DNA of 64,000 nt from Candidatus Undinarchaeota archaeon (GCA_964519305.1 CAZFHY010000001.1:1-64000), one strand, 5' to 3'. Shown: positions 21,701 through 30,626, counted from the stretch's first letter. Notes: generated from the sequence alone by a model not told the origin. Made by a program: numbers and translations.

Positions 21701-22064
21701 GCGTAAGGAGCTCTGGATGACCGATGGACGGGTCCTTGACCGCGGCGACGAGGAAGTCGTTCAGGTGGATGCCTTCAGCGTCGAGCCGCCCACTGTCTAC
21801 AGCCTGTGGGTGACCGCCCAGGACAACGATGGGAGGAGCTGGCTCGACGATGTGGTGAACGTTGGTACGTTCCCTAACGCGCGGCTCTCCGCAGCGACAC
21901 GGGACCCCTCGTCACCCGGGACGTCCATCGACACGGTGATAGGAATCGACTCGTGCCAGCTCAGGGTGTCCTGCAAGGGCTGTTCGCCACTGTGCGAGTT
22001 GCACGTGAATCCGCGGACCTGCGTCCTCAAGCCTTATAACTGCGATTGTGAGTGTATCTATTAG
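15765..22064 (+). CDS. Giant secreted Cys-rich protein 2
   Basis: Colinear paralog of 9332; Kazal CGTDGRTYFNRC at 18462-18573; ends NCDCECIY. Start TTG 15765 or GTG 15768 after GGGGG. Confidence 0.85.
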   Translation: MVGAVNRRRKWFREAVLSCAFSLLLLLVPALGLTQCVNRDYGPPCQGLDCSPDRAGEPPNVHLDLDGTTTISDGVVTTTVGPDRTVRGFIIDGGDVRVDVDHEGVDTVMLATESGHRIRVERDGSVNIEDGSYVLTDGTAIRVVNGRMSLLDPQTFTSRDVSVTIGNKGMETVAVVSDEERRIDVSAHGEATFEDGTYRFMDGTEVRMEGGSPQLPVDMVFTSDDGSVTLSIGNNGLGDVLLATPEGGEVRLGPSGELQAAEGSYTLDGDRRWTLGGTLPEGTLSLGDDASMEIEYDVADNFAGRVETPAGSLSFQDGKPTGRLKLRRESKEYIVELKEGDGTLAFSKDEEQFFTDFDRRGIIGGTLDMGEGTSLRMERGPLGRTTVLSMDVGDQQLTFDATRGPSGALAISKDGNSYALDLSDGIGSVQLSDGAFGMSFDPSGLSDASIQIKDDVTVDLDLDRGTGAFDAGIGYKGGDVRFSPDEGFSGSFSFGEGDGKVDVEMGNGGIGVTGGGGGGGGGQGFDLGFDPTKGFTGGMDFPGGNGNLQFGGDGLTGNVNTPFGTAKFGPQGIDMGYGGVFNMNVAPDGAMTPSLSTAAEGAGESATSGKATNICTPRLLKETTVSGGGGPPLDPSLTDCDLSQTATNLREHADNLINDFTRAIEYYSALVTNLETMKGGFDQWCSNCMQSVSGFMAKGYVPCGGKLAPPLTPASIAADPGFRPTICAAAAMEKCPPGAAQTAQCTASSMPNPLAKACPLCLTLNCVYGHECKIGFPNPAAAGSSAQGEAGGAAAAQGAGGKAACGAQGAAGAGSLGGLGDALGGIGDALGQAKSMMDKAKSFMPGGGQPGGGQPGGGQPGGDQPGGGQPGGGQPGGDQPSGGEQQPQQPGSSDNPNPTCSCSAEEAPVCGTDGRTYFNRCLTGCFGIEVAHEGECETWCNTDADCIPDRCCTTDTRCTCVNNRCRSGMRATLAPLSTIARATPMTAGFGGLYSTIVEEWRSLPERPATVELQGAGQCIPFQGKTSCNSGGAPDVYDVPPPPIGSNMNDLGVKGCTTKGAPQMCSVPDCIKCQTDCQGKCKETAGCPMCKALIKAIEAPKRNPPIMGACTNHHCCGPPFNCQDMNKPVGCPPCKFCGVPPTPCMWLVAGCAPETHDCADVTQATLVTKMKQNSIPSPGGVRECEQNVADLKDVCTVEGSPELASGMLDPCAVGMQLGIVIGELHDLIQRMSQAVGTLSQVSGRLGFEHSQGFSDRQAATIESSIQEISSVLEGASATVDFQVRLANFVRLSQNQEFNKDIMSDASFQAPKFDILPKAEGSPAQGIWSGYCTNYDLCAACTDKPTPAGCLGRTSKTSYKPNDLDYRGRCMSKQSSSSITERSFDIWQNKGSVDNLASIDAEEDLFIDMMDCYKYDALPQAEQPQPPGGQPGGGQPEEEQPEDEMPPPEDEPDAGCVSVCKGCYGVDRTHCHQHLGVCVCEAGKRWFLTSRSCEPGSGVSDDDLACCAQAFSVGAEVPDTTSGEVCSGPVIRGITVDRCIDGSGPCCKYRFQEVPLAGLCDAPDDGDDTGEPGDERTCDATCKTILDRDTAEWCVRRCPDVELTCAQECLRGPSYTECLADCSPAAADCMTKCMDEPGSSENYCVRTCTGESPSGDAEVFVGRPGGPSIAGQVFASGDSVQVGGVVNNTGDIPIEGMGRLSLVTLTDCDCEGAGCTCREEVKLLKEFPVRLRPGDDLEIDEVSTFLEQADTSVQVLVEVVDEDGRVVLSRRSSISHVVSPGAIAVRDAYFVGQGGRTDKTYPGASIAGAVTIESIVHPITVVVSLVKGDLQVIGTSTAYTLNEPTGDKPLLSDTYTVLDGDVGKLLRIHVVVRDSGGAVLLDRTLDEQGINTDVCGNEMTEWCLTQLGKVRPSYPAAFAEVRRLQLEVRDAAFMNFGGRRISTVYGSTDMVAIVWLRNPLTVPFSGQVIVRVVKEDGTTAARKELWMTDGRVLDRGDEEVVQVDAFSVEPPTVYSLWVTAQDNDGRSWLDDVVNVGTFPNARLSAATRDPSSPGTSIDTVIGIDSCQLRVSCKGCSPLCELHVNPRTCVLKPYNCDCECIY
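18297..18415 (+). repeat. 15-bp coding tandem repeat, (PGG[G/D]Q)x7
   Basis: PGGGQ/PGGDQ units at the position equivalent to the QQPPGG repeat of paralog 1. Confidence 0.9.
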
Positions 22065-22074
22065 GGGGCATCTG

Positions 22075-25000
22075 ATGGTATACGGTATGACGGGACGGAG
22101 CATGGAGGTGAGGGTCATATCGGCCTGTCTCCTCGCGCTCATCCTGCTCGCCCCATCAGCCCTCGGCATCCGTCAGTGCGTGAACCGCGAGTACGCACCA
22201 TCGTGCCAGGGTGTCGATTGCGCTCCTGTGGAGCTGGGGACCCCGCCGGACCTTACCTGGAACGATGATGGATCGACCGTTATCACTACCGCCGACGAGG
22301 TGATCACAACACAAGTGGGGGCCGATCGCATCATGCGCGGTCTCATTATCGACGGTGGGGACATCCGCGTCGACGTTGGCGAGGACGGTGTCCTTTCCCT
22401 GGACCTGGTGACCTCTGACGGTCGACGTATCACGGTCAAACGGGACGGGAGCGTGAACCTTGAGGACGGCACCTACACGCTAACTGACAATACCACCATA
22501 CGCGTTGTCAACGGGAAGATGCACCTCACAGAACCCCAGGTGTTCACATCGCGCAACGTCAACGTCACCATAGGCAACAAGGGTATCGAGCAGATCACGG
22601 CGGTCACTGAAGAAGGCCATGTGGTACGCATCGCGCCGGACGGTGAAGTGACGTTCGACCACGGTTCCTACTGGCTCATGGACGGAACGGAGGTACGTAT
22701 CGAGGGGCGTAACGTCATCCTACCTGAAGTGCGGACCTACTCATCGTCCGACGGTCTTGTAACCGTCACGATTGGTAACAATGGTTTCGAGACACTGCTG
22801 CTCAAGCCCGCTGATGGCGGCGAGGTGCGTATCAACGCCGACGGTGATCTCAAGGCGGCGGCGGGCGACTATGTCATGGACGACGGACCCTATTACTCTC
22901 CGGGTGGGAAGCTCCCCGAGGGCGAGCTTTCACTAGGCCCCGATGCGACCCTGGAGGTATTGTACGACGTGTCCGACCGGTTCGCGGGCACATTGCGTAC
23001 ACCAGCAGGAACGCTGGTATTCAAGGATGGACGTCCCTCGGGTAGGCTCGAACTCGTCACCAAGGACCATACAGAGACGCTCACGTTCGAGGCGGGGACC
23101 GCTCTCGTGCATGCTCTCGAGGACAGACTGGCGGCCATCCTGGAACAAGCCCTCCACGAGACCGCCGATGAGATGGCACAGCACGGCGGGTACACTCTTG
23201 ACAACATCCCCGAGTCGAACCTCGACGATGTCCCCATTCTCTTCAACAGAGGGAAGATAACCAACGTCCCCTCATCGGATGCGATGGAGCAGATGCTCGT
23301 CCGGGGAGTCAAGCGACGTGTCGAGGACAGGATGATCGAGGTACGCCGCCAGCTCAGCGGGAGGGCCGATGCCGGTACGCCCGATATCGAGGTCGACCTT
23401 GATACCAACGAGATCACCGCGATGCTGGTGCTCCCCCTGAAGATCGAAGGCAATACTGAGCTCCCCTCGAGCGTCCCTGTACGGACGTCCGTCCCGCTCA
23501 GGCTCAAGCTCCTTCGTGACCGTCTCGCCCTGTACCTGAGCACGTACGTCGATGGGCGCGCCATGGAGCATGCGCTCTACCAGGCCCTCGTCGCGGACGA
23601 GCGGATCCCGGCACCTCCCGGCGGTGTCGCCGAGATCTCCGAGTGCGACCAGGGTGAGGTGCTCGCCACCATCGGCGACATCGCGCGCCCCGTGGGCGAG
23701 AACATCCATATCACGGTGAACGAGGAGCTCGTGCGCGTGGACCGGACAGCGTCGCTCACCACCGACTCCGTCGGATGGGAGATGGTGCCTGTGGATAAAG
23801 GGGCCCAGCTCTCCCTTCTGGCCAACGAGGGCGTCAAGGATTACGAGAGCCGTGTGGTCATCGCAATGGTGCCCGTCCCCATGGCGATGGGCGAATCCTG
23901 CATGGGTAAGTACTTCGTCGAGTACGATATCAGCTTCCCGGTGAGCGCCAGCGTCAGCGACCACTCGCCCGCGTTCCAGGTCAGGCACGGCGATCCGGCC
24001 AGACCCGAGAAGCGTCCGCTCACCCTCCGGTTCGTCATGGTACCGTTCATTCAGGGTGATGACGTCAATGCTCTAGATGAAGAGGTGTCCGGTCCAGAGG
24101 AAGCGAAGGACCTGTGCTCAGGCAAATGCTCGGTCCACCTGACCGTCCCGGACTCTGGTTCGGGCACAGTATGGATCGGCCCATGCAGCTTCGAGTACAC
24201 CGGTGGTCGCATCGACCTGGAGAATACCCCGTGCGGCGACCATGAGCTCATCGTCGAGCCGGACGAGTTCGAACTGGACCGTCACCGGGGTCGCGTTTCC
24301 GTGAGCGACGTGCACCGGGCAGAGGTGACCCTTCCGCCCCGGAGTGCCGGTCTTGAGCGGCCTAGCGCGGTCACCGTCGACCTTGAGCAGGGTGACGGCC
24401 TCATATCGTTCACGACGGGTGTGGGAAGCTTTTCCACGACCTTCGATGCCCGCGGCGTCATCGGTGGGACCGTGAGCGTCGGTGGGGGCGCGAACGTCCA
24501 GGTCGGACGGGGTCCTTTGGGCAGGAACCTGGCCCAGACCCTGAACGTCGGAGGCCAACAGTTGTCCTTCGACGTGCAGAACGGCATCAGCGGCACTCTC
24601 GGAGTGAACAAGGGCGGCAACTCGTACACGCTCGACGTCCTCAGCGGCGTCGGGGCCGTCCAGATGACCACCGGGCCCTTCGACATGGCGTTCAACACAG
24701 CGGGTCTCGCCGACGCCTCCATCCAGGTGGGCGGCGATACCACCCTCAACATGAACCTCAATCCCGCCACGGGCAATTTCGGTGTGGGCATCGGATTCGA
24801 GGGGGCCAATATCAACTTCGATCCCACGGCCGGCTTCTCAGGTGGTTTCGGTTTCGAGGCCGGGGGCGGTCAGTTCGGCGTCAACCTCGGTGGCCAAGGT
24901 CTCGGTCTCACAGCCAACGTGGGAGGAGAGAACTGGAACGTCGGGTTCAACGACGGCGCGTTCACCGGAGGCATCGGCTTCGGAGGTGGCAACGGTGCCA

Positions 25001-28000
25001 TCAACATCGACCTGGGCGGTGCTGTGACCGGCTCGTTCAACACGCCCTTCGGTACCGCGAACATGGGCCTCACCGGCGATGGCGTGACGCTCGGGTTCGG
25101 TACGTTCGACATGAACATCGGCCTGGACGGCGCCTTCACGAGCAACCTGGCAGAGGGGCTGCAGAACCTGGGCCAGAACATCGTCGACGGGGTAAAAGGC
25201 CTTGTCGAGGACGCGCTATCGGGCAAGCTCACTAACATCTGCAAACCACGTCTCCTTAGCGAGACACAGGTCAGTGGCGCAGGTGGACCGTTCCTCGACC
25301 CAATGCTCACCGACTGCGACCTCGGGCGCACGGCCGACAACCTTCACGAGCATATCAATAACATCATCGTTGATTACGAGAACGCGGTCGAATACCACAC
25401 GACACTCGTGGAGAACCTCGAGTCCCTCAGTGGCGGGTTCGAGGAATGGTGCGGTAACTGCGAGTCTTCCATCAGCGGGTTCATGGCCAAGGGCTACCTG
25501 CCCTGTGGCGGAAAGCTCTCCATGAAGCCGACCCCCAGCAAGGTCGCCTCCGATTCCGGGTTCAAGCCCGAGATCTGTGCCATATCGGTACTCGCGCTGT
25601 GCGCTCCACAGAACCCGCTCACCGCATGGTGCACCGCGGCCTCGTTCCCGAGCCCGCTCGGACTGGCCTGCCCACTATGCCTCACCCTGGACTGCGTGTA
25701 CGGCTCGCAGTGCATGATAGGGTTCCCCAACCCGAAGGCAGCCGCTGCCGCCGCTACCGCTGCAGGGACGGCGGCCAAGGGCGCGGGCAAGGCCATGATC
25801 GGCGGTGTCGCCGGAGCGGCCTCGTGCGCTGCCCAGAGCGCCATGGGAGGTGGAGGTGGCGGCGGAGCGCCCCAGCCACCAGAGGAGCCCCCACTCAATG
25901 AGATGATGCCTGAGGAGGAGTACGATAGGCTGACGCCCGATGTGCTGCAGCAGCTGAACGACCAGCCGCGTAACGGTACATGTATATGCGACGGCTCCGG
26001 CGGACAGGTATGCGGCACGGACGGTCGCACCTACATCAGCAGGTGCGTCGCCGAATGCTTCGAGGTATCGGTCGCCCGGGACGGCGCTTGCGAGGAATGG
26101 TGCACCACCGATGCCGACTGCGTCCCCGACGCCTGCTGCGACACCGTGACGGCCTGCTCGTGCGTTGACAACCGCTGTGTCGGCCCTGAGGACTCGGCAC
26201 CGGACCCGTGGACACCACCGACGGTCACGACCATCGTGGAAGAGGACGAATGGGACCCGTCCGAGATAACCTTGGACCCGGTGGAGGAAGGGGTCACCGT
26301 GGACGAGGGCAACGCCGGGATCCCCATGGAGGTCTGGGAGGAGGCTATCCCCGACATGGGCGGCGGAGGCGGAGACGGTGATGACGGCGGCGGGGGCGGG
26401 GACGGCCCCGGTGTCAGTGTCACCGTGAACATACCCATTGGCGAGATTGGCAACCTCGGCCAGCTCGGCGGCGGGCTTGGGAAGCTCGGCGACGGTCTCG
26501 GAAAGATCGGTGATGGTCTCAGCGCCGTCACCAAACCCGTCCAGGACCTCGCCCAGGGCGTACAGAACGCCGTCGACACGGTGACCAAGCCCGTCACGGA
26601 CGCCGTACAGGGAGTGCAGGACGCTATCGATCAAGGTATCGAGAACATGGGCGATGCCATCACCGGCGGTACTGGTGACCTCTCTAGCATGACCGGCGAG
26701 GCCGGTGGGGAGGCCGGCGGAGAGGCCGGACAGCAGGGCGATGAGGACCCGGGTGTCTGCCTGCCGTTCAAGGGTAAGATGGCCTGTAACAGCATGGGCG
26801 CCCCGGCCGTATACGACGTCCCCCCGGTGCCTATCGGTGCCCCGGTCATGGACCTGGGCGTCAAGGGCTGCATCACCCAGGGCGCGCCCATCACTTGCTC
26901 GATGCCCGACTGTATCGCCTGTCAGACGGAGTGTCTCCCCATGTGCGCGGACGAGCCCGGGTGCCCGGTGTGCCGGGGCCTCATGCAGGCCACCGAGATA
27001 CCCAGACGCGTGCCATCCATACCCGGTGCGTGCACCAACAACCACTGCTGCGGCATGCCGTACTCCTGCATCGATTGGAACATGCCCGATGCCTGCGAGA
27101 TACCATGCGGCTGGTGCGGCCCGGTCCCCTGTATCTGGAAAGCGGCCACATGCCTCCCCGAGATGCACGACTGCTCCGATGTCACCCAGGCCACCCTGGT
27201 GACCAAGAAGAAGCTCAACTCCATCCCGTCGCCCGGCGGTGTCTCAGAGTGCTCACAGAACGTGGCCGACCTCAAGGACGTGTGCACGGTCGAGGGCTCC
27301 AAGGAGCTACAATCGGGAACCCTGGACCCGTGCGAGGTCCAGGAGAAGCTCGACGTCGTCATCGAGGAGCTGCACGACCTGATCGACCGCATGAGCCAGG
27401 CGATCGAAGAGCTCTACGACGTGTCCGACCAGCTGGACTACGAGCACTCACAGGGATTCACCGACCGACGCTCGGCCACAATCAAGGAGACGCTCAAGCG
27501 CATCACCGACATCCTCGAGGGCTCCAAGGCCGACAAGGACTTCCAGGTGCGTCTGGCCAACTTCGTGCGGTTCTTCCAGAGCGACGACCTCCGGGGGGAC
27601 ATCTCCGAGAACGAGCAGCTCACCGCTGCCATGTTCGGTGTGCTGCCCTACGCCGAGGGAGTACCGGGCATGGCCATGTGGATGGGCTACTGCATGGACT
27701 TCCAGCTCTGCGGCGGGTGCTCGGGAGGTGCCGTCCAAGCAGGGTGCCTCGGCCCCACGTCCGTCGGCAGCTACCTGCCCAACATCCTCGACTTCAGGGG
27801 TAGGTGCATGTCGCTGCCCGCGGCCACAGTGGTCAACGAGCGCAGCTTCGACATGTGGGGCGACACGAGCGCACTGGACAACTTCGCCAACATCGATGCC
27901 GAGGAGGACCTGTTCATCGACACCCTGAAATGCTACAAGTACGACTCTGAGAGCACCGGATGGGAGAACCGGACGAGCGGGGAGGGCATCCCGTACGAAG

Positions 28001-29964
28001 AGGGCATGGATACTCCCGGCGGGGAGGGGATCCCTCCTGAGTGCGCTGCTGCCTGTCATGAGTGCTACGGGATCAATCTGGCGCACTGCCACTCCCACCT
28101 CGCCCTCTGCGTGTGCGAGGCCGATGACAGGGAGATCCTCACGTCCCAGTCCTGCGAGCCCGGGGTAGCTGTGAGCGAGGATATGCTCGGATGCTGCGAG
28201 CGGCTTCTCTCGGTGGGAGCGGAGAGCCTCGACAGTCCAGGTGGCGAGCTGTGCACGGGTCCGGTCCTTAAGGGCGTCACGGTCGACCTCTGCTCGGACG
28301 GTTCCGGCCTATGCTGCAAGCACCGGTTCGATGAGGTCCCTCTGGAGGGCAACTGCGAGGCCATAGAGGAGGCCGGGATCGGTACGTGCGAGGACATGTG
28401 CATGGACGTCTTCGACCGTGAGACCGCCGACTGGTGCGCCGAGCGTTGTCCGGCGATCGACATCTCCTGCGAGTCAGCATGCCTCGGGACAGAGGTGGAC
28501 ACGGAGTGCCTGAGCGAGTGCGTCCCGCAGCGACCCCTCTCGTGCATGGAGGACTGCATGGCGGAGCACGAGGGCCAGGAGGCCGAGTGTGTCCGGGCGT
28601 GCAAGGCCGTCTCGCCACGAGCGGACGTGGACGGGTACGTCGGTCGTTCGAAGGCGCCCGATGTACCGGGACAGGTGTTCACCGCCGGGGACGCGGTCGT
28701 CGCTGGCGCCGTGGTGAACAACACAGGTGAGATCCCTCTCATCGGTACGGCCCGCCTCTCCCTTGTCACCCTCTCGGACTGCTCGTGCTCGGGCAGCGAC
28801 TGCACCTGTGATGAGGAGATGCAGCTGGTCCGGGAGATACCAGTACGGCTCGGCCCGGGCCGGTCCATGACGATCCCGGCGCTCCCTGTGGACGTGGGCC
28901 GCGAGGATGTGTCGGTCCAGACGCTCGTCGAGATCCTGGACGAGAACGGGAACGTCATCGTATCCCAGCGCGGTCCCATCTCGCACGTGGTCTCTCCGGG
29001 CGCTGTGACCGTCCGTGACGCCTACATCGTCGCACCGGGCGGCAGGACGACCGAGGTGTACCCCGGCGCCGATGTCCATGGCGCCGTTACCATCGAGTCG
29101 AAGGCCTATCCCGTGGACCTCGAGGTCTCGCTGGTCATGGGTAGCACCACCGCCGCCGGTTCGAAAGCTTCGTTCACGCTCGCCGGCCCCACCCTCGACC
29201 GCGCCGTGGCCAGCGGTTCCTACACGGTAAAGGACGCTGACCTCGGGAAGGTGCTCCGGGTGCACGTCAAACTGACCGATAGCGCCGGTGTCGTGCTCCT
29301 CGAAGAGACCCTCGCCGAGCAGGGCATGACCACTGACACCTGCAGCGACGAGATGACAGAGTACTGCCTATCGAACATCGGGAATGTGAAGCCGAGCTAT
29401 CCCCTCGCCCATGCAGAGGTGCGACCGTTGACCCTAACGGTCCGGGACGCTGCCTTCATGAGCCTGGGGGCCCGGCCCATCGCCGCCATGTTCGGACGGG
29501 CGGACGTTGTGGCCATCGCCTGGGTCCGGAACATGCTTTCCGTCCCCTTCGACGGGCGCATCGAGGTCGAGGTCGTGCGGGAAGGCGGCACCGCTATCGC
29601 CACCAAGGAGACCTGGGCCACCGGGGACCGGATACTCGAACGTGGTGACGAGGTCGCAATCCAGGTCGAGACGTTCGGTGTTGAACCCGGTAACGTCTAC
29701 TCGTTGCATGTGTTCGCTGAGGACGGGGGGGGCAGGGTCTGGTTGGACGAGGTGCTCACGGATACGGTCTTCCCGAACGCGTGTCTGAACGTCGAATCAC
29801 GTGATCCGTCCGCTTCGGGTGGCGATATCAATACAGTGATCACCATCGGCAACTGCAGGCTCAGAGTAGAGTGCGCGGGATGCTCGTCACTTTGCGAGCT
29901 CCACGTCGATCCGTCCGACTGTTCGCTCAAACCGACGAACTGCGACTGCGAATGCGTTTATTGA
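22075..29964 (+). CDS. Giant secreted Cys-rich protein 3 with an internal pilin-like domain
   Basis: Paralog of 9332/15765; Kazal CGTDGRTYISRC at 25981-26091; ~430-aa insertion (EMAQHGGY...RGKITNVPS) homologous to the 2750/7528/36982 family. Start 22075 or 22102. Confidence 0.85.
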   Translation: MVYGMTGRSMEVRVISACLLALILLAPSALGIRQCVNREYAPSCQGVDCAPVELGTPPDLTWNDDGSTVITTADEVITTQVGADRIMRGLIIDGGDIRVDVGEDGVLSLDLVTSDGRRITVKRDGSVNLEDGTYTLTDNTTIRVVNGKMHLTEPQVFTSRNVNVTIGNKGIEQITAVTEEGHVVRIAPDGEVTFDHGSYWLMDGTEVRIEGRNVILPEVRTYSSSDGLVTVTIGNNGFETLLLKPADGGEVRINADGDLKAAAGDYVMDDGPYYSPGGKLPEGELSLGPDATLEVLYDVSDRFAGTLRTPAGTLVFKDGRPSGRLELVTKDHTETLTFEAGTALVHALEDRLAAILEQALHETADEMAQHGGYTLDNIPESNLDDVPILFNRGKITNVPSSDAMEQMLVRGVKRRVEDRMIEVRRQLSGRADAGTPDIEVDLDTNEITAMLVLPLKIEGNTELPSSVPVRTSVPLRLKLLRDRLALYLSTYVDGRAMEHALYQALVADERIPAPPGGVAEISECDQGEVLATIGDIARPVGENIHITVNEELVRVDRTASLTTDSVGWEMVPVDKGAQLSLLANEGVKDYESRVVIAMVPVPMAMGESCMGKYFVEYDISFPVSASVSDHSPAFQVRHGDPARPEKRPLTLRFVMVPFIQGDDVNALDEEVSGPEEAKDLCSGKCSVHLTVPDSGSGTVWIGPCSFEYTGGRIDLENTPCGDHELIVEPDEFELDRHRGRVSVSDVHRAEVTLPPRSAGLERPSAVTVDLEQGDGLISFTTGVGSFSTTFDARGVIGGTVSVGGGANVQVGRGPLGRNLAQTLNVGGQQLSFDVQNGISGTLGVNKGGNSYTLDVLSGVGAVQMTTGPFDMAFNTAGLADASIQVGGDTTLNMNLNPATGNFGVGIGFEGANINFDPTAGFSGGFGFEAGGGQFGVNLGGQGLGLTANVGGENWNVGFNDGAFTGGIGFGGGNGAINIDLGGAVTGSFNTPFGTANMGLTGDGVTLGFGTFDMNIGLDGAFTSNLAEGLQNLGQNIVDGVKGLVEDALSGKLTNICKPRLLSETQVSGAGGPFLDPMLTDCDLGRTADNLHEHINNIIVDYENAVEYHTTLVENLESLSGGFEEWCGNCESSISGFMAKGYLPCGGKLSMKPTPSKVASDSGFKPEICAISVLALCAPQNPLTAWCTAASFPSPLGLACPLCLTLDCVYGSQCMIGFPNPKAAAAAATAAGTAAKGAGKAMIGGVAGAASCAAQSAMGGGGGGGAPQPPEEPPLNEMMPEEEYDRLTPDVLQQLNDQPRNGTCICDGSGGQVCGTDGRTYISRCVAECFEVSVARDGACEEWCTTDADCVPDACCDTVTACSCVDNRCVGPEDSAPDPWTPPTVTTIVEEDEWDPSEITLDPVEEGVTVDEGNAGIPMEVWEEAIPDMGGGGGDGDDGGGGGDGPGVSVTVNIPIGEIGNLGQLGGGLGKLGDGLGKIGDGLSAVTKPVQDLAQGVQNAVDTVTKPVTDAVQGVQDAIDQGIENMGDAITGGTGDLSSMTGEAGGEAGGEAGQQGDEDPGVCLPFKGKMACNSMGAPAVYDVPPVPIGAPVMDLGVKGCITQGAPITCSMPDCIACQTECLPMCADEPGCPVCRGLMQATEIPRRVPSIPGACTNNHCCGMPYSCIDWNMPDACEIPCGWCGPVPCIWKAATCLPEMHDCSDVTQATLVTKKKLNSIPSPGGVSECSQNVADLKDVCTVEGSKELQSGTLDPCEVQEKLDVVIEELHDLIDRMSQAIEELYDVSDQLDYEHSQGFTDRRSATIKETLKRITDILEGSKADKDFQVRLANFVRFFQSDDLRGDISENEQLTAAMFGVLPYAEGVPGMAMWMGYCMDFQLCGGCSGGAVQAGCLGPTSVGSYLPNILDFRGRCMSLPAATVVNERSFDMWGDTSALDNFANIDAEEDLFIDTLKCYKYDSESTGWENRTSGEGIPYEEGMDTPGGEGIPPECAAACHECYGINLAHCHSHLALCVCEADDREILTSQSCEPGVAVSEDMLGCCERLLSVGAESLDSPGGELCTGPVLKGVTVDLCSDGSGLCCKHRFDEVPLEGNCEAIEEAGIGTCEDMCMDVFDRETADWCAERCPAIDISCESACLGTEVDTECLSECVPQRPLSCMEDCMAEHEGQEAECVRACKAVSPRADVDGYVGRSKAPDVPGQVFTAGDAVVAGAVVNNTGEIPLIGTARLSLVTLSDCSCSGSDCTCDEEMQLVREIPVRLGPGRSMTIPALPVDVGREDVSVQTLVEILDENGNVIVSQRGPISHVVSPGAVTVRDAYIVAPGGRTTEVYPGADVHGAVTIESKAYPVDLEVSLVMGSTTAAGSKASFTLAGPTLDRAVASGSYTVKDADLGKVLRVHVKLTDSAGVVLLEETLAEQGMTTDTCSDEMTEYCLSNIGNVKPSYPLAHAEVRPLTLTVRDAAFMSLGARPIAAMFGRADVVAIAWVRNMLSVPFDGRIEVEVVREGGTAIATKETWATGDRILERGDEVAIQVETFGVEPGNVYSLHVFAEDGGGRVWLDEVLTDTVFPNACLNVESRDPSASGGDINTVITIGNCRLRVECAGCSSLCELHVDPSDCSLKPTNCDCECVY

Positions 29965-29981
29965 GCACGTGAGCTAATTGC

Positions 29982-30626
29982 TTACCGAAGGTACACCGTT
30001 ACCTCGACCTCGTCCCCGTCATCGATCCCGAGGACTTCGCGGAGCCTGTCCGCGGCGATTATCTCGAGCACTCCGGTGCGATGCGTACGCTCAGGTATCA
30101 CTACAGCGCACGGGATGTCACTTAGGGATGCGCGAAGGACACGGACCGCTCCGAACGAGCGCTCTTCACCCGTATACCCCGGGAGCACAGCGCCTGTGAG
30201 CCCGTCCATCAGGAACGGCTCATTGGGAAGGATGTTGAGGGTCCCTGGGAAGGGCGTGAAACCGACAAGCGCGGCCAGTCCCTCCTGGTACCCCTTGCGA
30301 GAGAGGTAGTAAGCCCCCTCGCCCATGCCGGATGCTATCCGCCCCTTGATCACGACGGTCCCGGGCTTCCCCGTGATGATGCCCTCGAGCTCCTGCTGGA
30401 GCGCCTTCAATCGTCCACGACCGGCCGTTGTGAGCCGGACCCGCTGTACCCTGCCCACCATCTCGCGCTCCACGAGGCCTTCCCGTTCCAGCTCGATCAG
30501 GTAGCGGGAAGCGCTCTGCTGCGACCGGCCCAAGGCCTGGCCGAGCCGTCTGGAGGGTACCATGACGTACTCCCGATACCCGCCCAATCGAGCGATTGCG
30601 ACGATGGCGGCCAGCTCGAATCCCAC
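29982..30626 (-). CDS. ribK: CTP-dependent riboflavin kinase with N-terminal wHTH (RbkR type)
   Basis: SQQSASRYLIELE HTH; GRIASGMGEGAYY; PFPGTLN; PERTH; LEIIA...LR...DGD. Confidence 0.93.
   Translation of the reverse strand: MGFELAAIVAIARLGGYREYVMVPSRRLGQALGRSQQSASRYLIELEREGLVEREMVGRVQRVRLTTAGRGRLKALQQELEGIITGKPGTVVIKGRIASGMGEGAYYLSRKGYQEGLAALVGFTPFPGTLNILPNEPFLMDGLTGAVLPGYTGEERSFGAVRVLRASLSDIPCAVVIPERTHRTGVLEIIAADRLREVLGIDDGDEVEVTVYLR

Noticed and set aside
23060-24365. Intein or mobile-element explanation for the insertion in giant protein 3
   Set aside because: No intein terminal residues (C/S...HN) or endonuclease/transposase motifs; the insert is homologous to neighbouring pilin-like proteins.
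10325-29265. Long antisense and alternate-frame ORFs (e.g. 10325-11914, 12148-13371, 25675-27168)
   Set aside because: Shadows of GC-rich coding genes; no motifs, and they overlap well-supported paralogous CDSs.
9332-29964. Multiheme cytochrome interpretation of the Cys-rich giants
   Set aside because: Cys residues are abundant but repeated CxxCH heme-binding motifs are not present (at most an isolated match).
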